A stretch of DNA of 63,825 nt, filler included, from an uncultured bacterium (lineage in GTDB: Bacteria; Auribacterota; CAZIXI01): the NCBI GenBank assembly GCA_964543115.1. It is 3 parts of 3 records of this genome, joined end to end, with 100 filler letters (N's around TTAATTAATTAA, not from the genome) between each part and the next. Parts side by side here need not be neighbours in the genome. Positions count along the whole stretch, not along the records: positions 23,733 to 47,068 come from CAZIXI010000020.1; 2 more parts are not named here. One strand, written 5' to 3'. Both the position numbers and the translations under genes were made by a program. The notes under the pieces are model-generated. The model was not told the origin of the DNA. It worked only from the letters and a program-made list of their open reading frames with translations, and did no database searches. Every line of letters starts with the position of its first letter. Position 1 is the first letter of the stretch. Below are positions 28,801-36,413 of this stretch, piece by piece.

Positions 28801-31764
28801 GGCGCCGGCGATTTGACGCTCAGCCACGAATTCATCTATTTCAGCGTGTAGAAACAATGCCGTTTGTCTGTCAAAAAGGCCCTCTTTGCGCCCTTCGAGG
28901 ACAAATTCTCTTAGTGCTGCTTCACTGGTTTGGGCATTTGCCAGGGTTGATTCAGGATTTCTGAGACTGGCTATCCAAGCGGCCATTATTTTCATTTTGT
29001 CACTGTTGCCGCTGCGCATCTCCTGGAGGTTTTGCGGAATTTCAATAAAGCCTTCCAGAAAGAATTTCAGCCGGGTGTTCCAGGAGAATGCCATAAAGCC
29101 GGCGGAACTCGATACCTGTTCCAGCCGAGTAGGTGCGGTTGCCGGGCTGTTATCATGGGCAAACTCCGGCTGGAGCAGGGCTACCAGGAATGGGTAGGTA
29201 TCACTCTGGCCGAAGATATCGGCGAGGGCCACGGCTTTGCCGCCCTTAATCGCGTCCATAACCAGGATTCTTTGTTCAGTGTTGTTTTTATTGGCAGAAG
29301 GGAAATTTTTTGCCAGATATTCATCCAGGGTAGTTTGTTCAGCCTCTGATAATTGATCTCCTTCGTTCATTCTTTGCAGGAGCGTGTAAGCCTCGTTATC
29401 GTTAGCTACTTCTTCGTCGATTGGAGAGAAGATTGTTAGTTTGAGGATGGTTTTTTCAACCATATAGCAGATGGCTTCAATCTCCAGTTCCGATAGGCCG
29501 AGCTGTTTGCCGAATTGCCGGACTTTATCAATGCTCCTCTGTTCGTGGCCGGCGGCGTAGGCATCTGCCTCGGAATGGAAGTAACCCAGATCGTGCATCA
29601 GGATGGCCAGCCGGGCCAGTTTTGTCCCGGCTTCCGGATTATTAAAAGTAAGGCCGTTACCTTTCAGCAGCAGGTCGAGGAATTCGAACAGCTCGTTAAA
29701 ATGGCGTTCATTATGATAGGTAATAACTTCATAGCGCCCGTCTGGATGAGTGATATCGTCAAGCACCATTTCCCTGGCTTGCTGAAAAACCGGATCGTCG
29801 TAATTGGCCAGTCGGCTGTTTGCGCCGGTGCGCTGAATTATGCTTTTTGCCTGTTTTTGTCTCTGGCTGATTACTTCTGCCGGCGCTGCCTGGGCCTTAT
29901 CAGCCAGCTCAAGCAGTAAAAGTGCAAATTCCCCCAGGTCGGTGTTAGTGCCGATTTCCTGATTCGAGCGGATGAAATCAAGTACAGCTTCTGGAGTTAG
30001 TCTTTCTCTTATTCTTTCTGCCTGGTCGTCTGCCCGTAAGCCTAATGCTGTTGCGAATTGTCGTAGTATTTCCTGGTCTGCGGCATCTGCTTCGTTAATA
30101 AGCTGCCGGATGGTTTTGCCGCTTTCCGCTAAAACCAGTTTAGCGAATTTTTGCACTCCGGCGGTATCGCCCTTGGCCGCACGGAAAAAGAGCAGGGGGA
30201 TGGCAATTCCCTGGGATAATAAGGTATTAAGATCCTTATTGGTAATAATGTTTAAATAGGGATTGTTTGGCGGCATTTTGCTGATCACCGGTGTTACTTC
30301 CAGGCAGTTAATGTCCCGGGACAACAGTTCTGTTTTAATGCCCTCAGCATGAAAACCCCCGGCGATTATTACGGCTTTCGCCTTCTGTTCTTCTTCCATC
30401 TTATCAATTAAGTTATCTGTTAGTACTTTATCTCTTTCCATTATCAGCTGGTAGCATTCATCGGCCGGTTCCAGGCAGTCCTGTAAGTCATTGGTGAATT
30501 TTTCATCCTTTAAAAGCGGTGCTGCCGCTATTCCTCTGGCTGCCGCTTGCCCGGTAAGAAAGCCGGCTAACTGTTGCAGAGAGAAATCGGCTTTGTTTGC
30601 GCAATAATATTCATATTGCTCTCTGTTGAGTTTTAACTGGAAGAGTTTCTTCAGGATGTGCAGCTGGTGAACGGCGGTATAAAGATCTTTTTCCAGTTTA
30701 TTGCTAAGTAGATTTTCTGCTAATGAATCTTCCGCTTCTGCCAGTTCTTGAAAGAGTTGTTCCTGGTCTATGCTGCCTTGTAGTTCCAGCAGGGCATTGT
30801 ATTTTTGCAGGTTAACCGGATCCTTTATTTGTCCTTGTTGGATATAGGTAGCAAGCAGCCCGTTGAGGTATTGATAATAACTTAGTTGACCAAGTTTGCC
30901 GGATTTAAAAAGCAGGCTGTTTTTTACAAGTTTGGTTAAGTCTTCTTTGGGCAGGATTTTCTGCAATTGGGAAATCACTTCCTGACGTTCTCTTTCCACC
31001 TTTTTAAAGTCTATTTCTTTTTCCTGTTGGATCGCTGCCAGCACCAGGTCCATGTTTTCATGGCCCTCCGGAATCCCCGGTTGTCCTGCCAGGTAGGTGA
31101 TCCAAGCGGAAAGATCCAGTTGATCTTCCTGAAATTTTTCCCGTAGACGGTCAAATTTCTTTAACTCCGGATTGTAAATATTGTCCTTTAACAGCCGTGC
31201 TGTTTCTAGAGAGACTGTGATGAATTTTTCTGTTTTTTTAGAGTGCGACATTGTTTCCCGGAACAACCTTAAATCCTCAAAATACAGCTCTTCATCCTCA
31301 ACTCCCCATAAAGTAAAGCCCAATTCTCTTCCCTGGCAGACGGAAAATGCTTCACTGGCAGTTAAATAGCCCTGTTTAACAAACTTATCGCAGGCCTTTT
31401 TTAGGGCGCTTTTGTCCGGGAAGCTCTGGAACAGGGAGGTATCCACCAGGCCGCTGGCCCCTTCAACGCAGATCAGCTCGAAATTGGATTCACTGACCAG
31501 GATCTCTAGTATGTGTTTGATATTCTCCTGCGCCTCATAGATGCAATGGGCATCTTTTATTAAAACCACCTGCTTGTTACTGTGGCTTGTGGGCACTGCC
31601 GGAGGCTGGTAGGTAATGCCATAAGTCTCTGGTATAAGGATATCCGCGGTATTCTCGTTGCTGGGAATTGCCCTGGCTGTGTCTGGATAAATGAGATATA
31701 AAGTAGTTACCGACAGAAATAATAATATTAATATTTTTCTCACAACCATACTATATGTCTTCAT
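25882..31764 (-). CDS. Large secreted multidomain protein (1960 aa): Tiki/TraB-like domain, HD domain, cNMP-binding domain, HELGE motif
   Basis: Signal peptide ending ARA; KDAH/VEG/GVED/ERD/GGFH; YHN..HDLGY..ADIFG; YILLEGELEV..FGEMAAL..RTASV; uninterrupted long ORF. Confidence 0.75.
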   Translation of the reverse strand: MKTYSMVVRKILILLFLSVTTLYLIYPDTARAIPSNENTADILIPETYGITYQPPAVPTSHSNKQVVLIKDAHCIYEAQENIKHILEILVSESNFELICVEGASGLVDTSLFQSFPDKSALKKACDKFVKQGYLTASEAFSVCQGRELGFTLWGVEDEELYFEDLRLFRETMSHSKKTEKFITVSLETARLLKDNIYNPELKKFDRLREKFQEDQLDLSAWITYLAGQPGIPEGHENMDLVLAAIQQEKEIDFKKVERERQEVISQLQKILPKEDLTKLVKNSLLFKSGKLGQLSYYQYLNGLLATYIQQGQIKDPVNLQKYNALLELQGSIDQEQLFQELAEAEDSLAENLLSNKLEKDLYTAVHQLHILKKLFQLKLNREQYEYYCANKADFSLQQLAGFLTGQAAARGIAAAPLLKDEKFTNDLQDCLEPADECYQLIMERDKVLTDNLIDKMEEEQKAKAVIIAGGFHAEGIKTELLSRDINCLEVTPVISKMPPNNPYLNIITNKDLNTLLSQGIAIPLLFFRAAKGDTAGVQKFAKLVLAESGKTIRQLINEADAADQEILRQFATALGLRADDQAERIRERLTPEAVLDFIRSNQEIGTNTDLGEFALLLLELADKAQAAPAEVISQRQKQAKSIIQRTGANSRLANYDDPVFQQAREMVLDDITHPDGRYEVITYHNERHFNELFEFLDLLLKGNGLTFNNPEAGTKLARLAILMHDLGYFHSEADAYAAGHEQRSIDKVRQFGKQLGLSELEIEAICYMVEKTILKLTIFSPIDEEVANDNEAYTLLQRMNEGDQLSEAEQTTLDEYLAKNFPSANKNNTEQRILVMDAIKGGKAVALADIFGQSDTYPFLVALLQPEFAHDNSPATAPTRLEQVSSSAGFMAFSWNTRLKFFLEGFIEIPQNLQEMRSGNSDKMKIMAAWIASLRNPESTLANAQTSEAALREFVLEGRKEGLFDRQTALFLHAEIDEFVAERQIAGALQAVPAAAEEITITATAEQQAVLDKLQASLANISDRNQRSLIAAFLEFAKENPWIIGEEVDVEAETELIREGFVAQVNLTDQSYDSGHVYILLEGELEVSRTTEDGTSVPIARISETGLFGEMAALAGERTASVKAASNAKVIRISADLFREIFRNRLFIAAYTRTVRSRKAELEEATGTPLYGEAFGTDTFLPGTAATSAAPFAQIGKEAEGKVKTRADGAKYLEVADAESGTKLGELELNASNRAEIIKSLQTLAETTANPIIQAVLKAFLTTLADSQIDFYTFSELIRDFFGQAANENNLIALNEGLSTNPVALFHELGEYFRKSGQLQLALEGTNLKVTIAGTSQSVPLSAEALAIAQKDSANPHYLLRALQRQLFGEQDRNLTSIIKAQQLLRDIEALQTLGQTQSEQLAEQISFIIDRLAAGEAVSAADLETLKINLDALLDSSLEQNIDLQIQIGRFLSSIAPAVSTHTVAVIAAAVNEALTGAAEAASLPAFVAALQEQGISTDTARGLYLMEGYYVNESGELVKAAVFSLALEGIRNMLGAEENSQVDTLLKQLDQYKLRQAQLRDKLNTEEAEAVSDAATVEAALTGYLRERNKSLAPQIMEILARYLAAENDILELFEEESTKRQVKRELEKLIRRWDLRGEQEYKTEATNQGPAIQKALAAMPASEAPYVLAAEQGAALGGEVSGKIDTLDGLQQISNSTEIAELLSFLGRNRLILRADAERRLRALTGYKQLETTLDEKLGEEATQWNTENILAVDSAYIVGESPQPGANQGEHEIQNSGEGALWLMKRAGKNLRLVYTNPAQIEATKARLAEQGIIVANEQFVHVSEYDTKIGDVSTVSMLSNNTMQAADRTDIPASHKVIRGMESGEDDLVLMSRMAAIMGRSGLDAASAQTNFSRLFKTYYGQTKTSAEIEQTVAEIVSSIKTGIAIIIQLPPMAPFVRAYYDTLKQATELTASAA

Positions 31765-31778
31765 ACAGTTATTGTTAG

Positions 31779-31794
31779 AGCAAAATCCGTGCCA
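31779..31794 (-). promoter_or_regulatory. Sigma-54 promoter
   Basis: Minus strand TGGCACGGATTTTGCT, exact consensus, directly upstream of the 1960-aa gene. Confidence 0.8.
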
Positions 31795-31954
31795 ATAGCT
31801 AACATATTGTGTATCAATGGTGTAAGATTGTAAGAAGTGGCTATTTTTTAGACACGTGTCTATAATCAGTACATTAGATGAAAAAAACATTCGCGACAAC
31901 AATACTGAAGATGTTACAATCAGTGCGTTTGCGCGAAATAAAGGAGGAACCAAG

Positions 31955-32263
31955 ATGGATATTGGTACATTAACAGAAATGGTGAGTTATCAGGACGGCG
32001 CGGTAGTCAGTAAGGAAATCATCAAAAAGCAGACAGGAACGGTATCGCTGTTTGCCTTTGACCAGGGGCAGGGCCTGAGTGAGCACACCGCTCCTTTTGA
32101 CGCCCTGGTTAATGTGTTGGATGGTGAAGCGGAAATCACCATTGCCGGAACTCCGCATACGGTTAATGCGGGACAACTGGTTGTTATGCCCGCCAATAAA
32201 CCGCACGCCCTGCAGGCGGTTAAAAGATTCAAAATGCTCTTGGTGATGATTAAGAATGCCTGA
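31955..32263 (+). CDS. Cupin domain protein
   Basis: FDQGQGLSEHTAP, G..VVMPANKPHAL; AGGAGG RBS. Confidence 0.9.
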   Translation: MDIGTLTEMVSYQDGAVVSKEIIKKQTGTVSLFAFDQGQGLSEHTAPFDALVNVLDGEAEITIAGTPHTVNAGQLVVMPANKPHALQAVKRFKMLLVMIKNA

Positions 32264-32329
32264 ATAAAATTGTAAAGTTTTTCTTTGCTTTCCTGGCTGT
32301 TTTAGTTACAGTACAAAATTCATAACTAA

Positions 32330-32460
32330 GAATTCTGCAAAATACCTTTTTTGTCATCCCGCGGCTTGACCGCGGGATCCAGAAAGTATTGATTGACAAG
32401 TAGTTCTGGATTCCGCGGTCAAGCCGCGGAATGACATTTTTTGCGTTTTGCAGAAGGCTC
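32330..32460. mobile_element. 131-bp MITE-like element, copy 1, with a 13-bp target duplication
   Basis: Ends GAATTCTGCAAAA / TTTTGCAGAAGGCTC; flanking direct repeat AATTCATAACTAA at 32317-32329 and 32461-32473; inner inverted arms GTCATCCCGCGGCTTGACCGCGG. Confidence 0.85.
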
Positions 32461-32488
32461 AATTCATAACTAAATAAGGAGGCGGATT

Positions 32489-33148
32489 TTGAAAACAGAT
32501 GATCTTGATATTATAGAAGTGAATAGCGGCGGTATGGATGAAGCTCCGTTTCGTCAGCAGGTGTTGGACGCGGCCAGGCGCTTTAAGTCCAACTGGGTTG
32601 AGCTGGCAAAGTATTTGTATAAAATTAAAAAGGACAGGCTGTTTAAGGAGTGGGGGTACACCACCCTGGAAGGGTACTACACAAAAGAGATAGGGATAAA
32701 AAAACAGACGGCGTTTAAGCTCCTTAGTTCGTATTATTTTCTTACCAGGGAGGAGCCGCAGTTTCTGGAAAGAAATAATTTGGCCTCAGGTAATCCCCGG
32801 ACTTTGCCGCATTACGAAGCGGTTAATGTGCTGAGAAAGGCGAAGGCCAATAAGGAGCTCAAAGATAATGATTACCAGCGTCTGCGGGAAGATGTCTTTG
32901 ACAAGGCCAGTGAGCCGCGGGAGGTGGGCAAACAGTTCCGCAGTATGCTCTGGGCGGCAAAATCCGTTGATCCGGAAGAAGAAAGGCAGAGGCGCCGGCT
33001 GGTTTCCGTTAAGCGGCTGCTCAGTACCTTCAATTCCCTAAAGAAAGAGGCGGAACTCCTGAAACTGTTACCGGGAAAATTGCTTGAACAAGCGGAAAAA
33101 GTGATTTCGGCTATTGAAGAAAAGATTCAGGCCGAGTCTAAGGAGTAA
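32489..33148 (+). CDS. Conserved hypothetical protein, possible helical DNA-binding domain
   Basis: TTG start with AGGAGG RBS; W.ELA..L..I...LF..WGY.TLE.Y...EIG pattern. Confidence 0.6.
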   Translation: MKTDDLDIIEVNSGGMDEAPFRQQVLDAARRFKSNWVELAKYLYKIKKDRLFKEWGYTTLEGYYTKEIGIKKQTAFKLLSSYYFLTREEPQFLERNNLASGNPRTLPHYEAVNVLRKAKANKELKDNDYQRLREDVFDKASEPREVGKQFRSMLWAAKSVDPEEERQRRRLVSVKRLLSTFNSLKKEAELLKLLPGKLLEQAEKVISAIEEKIQAESKE

Positions 33149-34128
33149 TTCCGTGCCTTAAAAACGGGCAGCAGTAACAGCAGTAGACAGATGGCCCCCA
33201 GGGCGTAGCCGTATACCTGGGTAATCAGGTGGTGGCTGATTCCGGTAATTATTGCTAGTTTTTGGGGAAAGCCAAGTAAACTGAACAAAAATGCCCAGGT
33301 TCCTTCATAGGCACCAAAACCGGCGATGCCGCTTATTGGCAGGCTGGCGCTGAATTCCGCGCCGCAAATTCCCAGGAAAAACCGTCCGAGGCCGATCTCC
33401 CTGAGTCCGTAGCCCTGCCTGGTTAATAGTGACAATAGTAAGAAATAGTAGCCGCCATATTTACATATCCGCACAAGCAGTGAAAGAATAAATGTCTTTA
33501 AGTATACTCCGCTGTTTTTTATCACCGCAATTTCCTGGGATGTCTTTTCTAATTTATCCGAAAATTTAACCAGAAAAGAAATTTTCTTTATTGTCCTGGC
33601 CGCCAGCCTGAACAGGTTCGGAAGAAAATGGAGGATGATCAATAGAATAATAAGCAGCGCTAGGGATAAGGGGAGCAGGAGTTGGAGTTGCCCCAGGATC
33701 TGCCGGTTGACGCTGAAGGTGGCGATCAGCAAAAGGGGAACAATTGCGATTAGGTCAAAGATAAAGGCAACGGTAAAGCTGGGGAGCGCCTTATCCAGGG
33801 TGATTCCCAGGCGGCTGGTAAGTATGTAGACATAGGAAAGTGTGCCGATCCGGGCGGGCAAGAGATCAGAGAAAAAGTTTCTGACAATCGTAACCAGAAA
33901 CATTGTTGTGCCTGGTACCTTGATCTCGTTTGCTTTTAAGAGTATCAGGTAGCGCCAGGAACGGAAGAACGTTTGCGTGAACGAAAGCGCGACAAAGATG
34001 AGAAAAGGGATCAGGGTCATTTGCCCAAGCGTGGAGAGGACATCCGTTAATGAGACTGTGCTGAAGAGATACGCCATTATTCCGGTAGTGGTCAATAATG
34101 ATAATATAAAGTAGATTTTTCGCTTCAT
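33127..34128 (-). CDS. Lysylphosphatidylglycerol synthase TM / UPF0104 flippase-like protein
   Basis: RSWRY, NFFSDLLPARIG, PISGIAGFGAYE; multiple TMs. Confidence 0.85.
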   Translation of the reverse strand: MKRKIYFILSLLTTTGIMAYLFSTVSLTDVLSTLGQMTLIPFLIFVALSFTQTFFRSWRYLILLKANEIKVPGTTMFLVTIVRNFFSDLLPARIGTLSYVYILTSRLGITLDKALPSFTVAFIFDLIAIVPLLLIATFSVNRQILGQLQLLLPLSLALLIILLIILHFLPNLFRLAARTIKKISFLVKFSDKLEKTSQEIAVIKNSGVYLKTFILSLLVRICKYGGYYFLLLSLLTRQGYGLREIGLGRFFLGICGAEFSASLPISGIAGFGAYEGTWAFLFSLLGFPQKLAIITGISHHLITQVYGYALGAICLLLLLLPVFKARNYSLDSA

Positions 34129-34152
34129 TGCGTTTTTGTTGTTATTGGCCGG

Positions 34153-35034
34153 TTATTGTTTCGGATTCCTGACAAATAAATCCGGCCGGTCGGCGCCTGC
34201 TTCAAAGGTTATCTGAAACGGCTGATTTGTGGATACCTGGTGGATATAGATGTAGCCAGGTGTTTTTTTCGCCAGTTCTTTCTGGCTGGCGATCCAGTCG
34301 GGATGATTTGACCAGAACTGGTTGTCAAACCGCTGTCCTGCCGGGGAATCGATAACTGCGCTAATTTCTCCCGTGTGCCAGGAACGCAGGCTGAGTTCAG
34401 TGTGGCTGCCGTTAAGGCTGGTTACAAGCTCTCCGTTAGGCGAAAGGCTGGCCGAACAGCCGCGTACAAGTGTGCGTTTGTCTCCTGTTTCCAGATCAAG
34501 GGCCAGTATCCTGATGGGTCTTAGTACGGTAGAAACCAGCCGTTTACCATCAGGGGAGATATCGATTTCCGCGAAACGGTAACCACTGGCCAGGGTGCGC
34601 ACACTTCGGTCAGCCAGTGAGATTGCCTTTACTTCATTGCCGTCAATAAACAAAACCTCCCGCCCATTAGGGTGGTAGTTTACCGCTCCGGCATTTTTGC
34701 CTTCCGCCAGTAATTCCTCTTCCTTTCCGTCAACAGAAATGCGCATTATCTGGTTTCCGCGACGGAAGGCCACGAAGTGACCGTCTGGAGACCAGCGGGG
34801 ATAGCTGCCTGTGGGGGTAAGACAGCGTGGATCTTTTTTATCCAACTCCGACAAATAGATTCCGCCGGCATATTCATAAACAACTTTGCCGCTTATTCCA
34901 GCGGCGGTGGCTGAAAGAATATTGCTGGTGGGTTGAGGGCTGTCTGATTCTTTTGCGAACCGTAGATAGAGAATTATGCTGAGAACAATCAGGATAAATA
35001 TCAATATGGAAAAGAGAAAGAGTTTTTTTTTCAT
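34153..35034 (-). CDS. Membrane-anchored TolB-like (PD40) beta-propeller protein
   Basis: N-terminal TM; PRWSPDG, YHPNG, ISPDG, LSPNG repeats. Confidence 0.75.
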   Translation of the reverse strand: MKKKLFLFSILIFILIVLSIILYLRFAKESDSPQPTSNILSATAAGISGKVVYEYAGGIYLSELDKKDPRCLTPTGSYPRWSPDGHFVAFRRGNQIMRISVDGKEEELLAEGKNAGAVNYHPNGREVLFIDGNEVKAISLADRSVRTLASGYRFAEIDISPDGKRLVSTVLRPIRILALDLETGDKRTLVRGCSASLSPNGELVTSLNGSHTELSLRSWHTGEISAVIDSPAGQRFDNQFWSNHPDWIASQKELAKKTPGYIYIHQVSTNQPFQITFEAGADRPDLFVRNPKQ

Positions 35035-35035
35035 T

Positions 35036-36265
35036 TTAATATGTCTTCTCTTTCTTGGGGATAACGACAATGCCGGATTTTGTCACATGATAATTTTTTC
35101 TGTCCTCTTCTAGATCGTAACCGATTATGGTTTTTGGCGGAATATGAATATCCTTATCAATAATCGCTTTTTTGATTTTGCAGTGCCTGCCGATGTCCAC
35201 TCCTTCCATCATGATTGATTCCGCGACATCCGCGTAACTGTTGATTCGCACTCCCGGGGAAAGTACGCATTTATGCACATGTCCGCCGCTGATAATGCAG
35301 CCCTCGGAAACAAGGCTGTCGGTAGCCTGGCCAACCCGGCGATCCTTTTCGTTAGCGAACACGAATTTTACCGGTGGATAATGGTGCAGGGTGGTTCTGA
35401 TCGGCCAGTCAGGGTTGTACAGATTGAGCCGGGGAGTAACGCTGCAGAGATCCATATTTGCTTCCCAGTAGGCGTCAATGGTGCCGATGTCGCACCAGTA
35501 GCCTGTTTCCTTATCTTCTCTGCCGGGCCAGGTGTTGGTGGAGAAATCATAGGCGCAGACGTTAAACTTGCCGAGCATCTGCGGGAGAATGTTTTTACCG
35601 AAATCATGCGCGGAGGATTCATTTTCATGATCCTGAAAAAGCATTTTCAGCAGTACATCCCGTTTGAAGATATAGTTCCCCATGGAAGCCAGGGCCATTG
35701 TTTTGGATCCCGGCATTGGCTGGGGATTTTCCGGCTTTTCCAGGAAGCTCTTTATCTGCCTTTCCGGGTCAATTTCAATAACTCCCATTTGTGTGGCTTC
35801 CGCTAACGGTATTGGTACCGCTGAAACTGTGACATCGGCATCTTTCTGGATGTGGAACTCCAGCATCTGGCGGATATCCATTTTATAAACGTGGTCCCCG
35901 CCGAACACAAAAACATAATCGGGGTTTTCATCCAGGATGAGGTTTATATTCTGATAGATCGCGTCCGCCGTGCCCAGGTACCAGTTAGTATTTACCCGCA
36001 TCTGCGGAGGAACGATATCCACATAGTGATCCAGTTGCGTGGCCAGCTTCCAGCCGGTGGAAATATGGCGGTTAAGCGAATCCGATTTAAACTGTGTTAA
36101 GACCTTTATATGATAGAATCCGGAATTGGTAAAATTACTTAAGGCAAAGTCGATTACCCGGTAGCGGCCGCCAAAGGGCACGGCAGGTTTGGCCCGGTCC
36201 TTGCTCAGTGGATAGAGCCGGTCCCCTTTGCCGCCGGCCATGATCATTACCAGTTCTTTTGACAT
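35036..36265 (-). CDS. glgC: Glucose-1-phosphate adenylyltransferase
   Basis: MAGGKGDRLYPL, RAKPAVPFGG, GTADAIYQN, GGDHVYKMD, SMGNYIF. Confidence 0.96.
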   Translation of the reverse strand: MSKELVMIMAGGKGDRLYPLSKDRAKPAVPFGGRYRVIDFALSNFTNSGFYHIKVLTQFKSDSLNRHISTGWKLATQLDHYVDIVPPQMRVNTNWYLGTADAIYQNINLILDENPDYVFVFGGDHVYKMDIRQMLEFHIQKDADVTVSAVPIPLAEATQMGVIEIDPERQIKSFLEKPENPQPMPGSKTMALASMGNYIFKRDVLLKMLFQDHENESSAHDFGKNILPQMLGKFNVCAYDFSTNTWPGREDKETGYWCDIGTIDAYWEANMDLCSVTPRLNLYNPDWPIRTTLHHYPPVKFVFANEKDRRVGQATDSLVSEGCIISGGHVHKCVLSPGVRINSYADVAESIMMEGVDIGRHCKIKKAIIDKDIHIPPKTIIGYDLEEDRKNYHVTKSGIVVIPKKEKTY

Positions 36266-36413
36266 AATAGGTTCCTCCCGGAGGTTTGAGCCTATTATAT
36301 GGCGAAAACAGGGTTGAATCAACTGAAATATAGTTAAAAATCGTTTAAAAAGTTACCGTTTTTGTTATAATAAATATATATTGTAGAGGTATTTAAATTA
36401 TTATAAAGGCAGA

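Noticed and set aside
31765..31953. 63-aa N-terminal extension of the giant ORF
   Set aside because: Overlaps the sigma-54 promoter; the signal peptide starts at 31764 (or 31749)
32250..32462. 70-aa ORF containing VIPRLDRGIQ
   Set aside because: Translation of the palindromic MITE; no coding support
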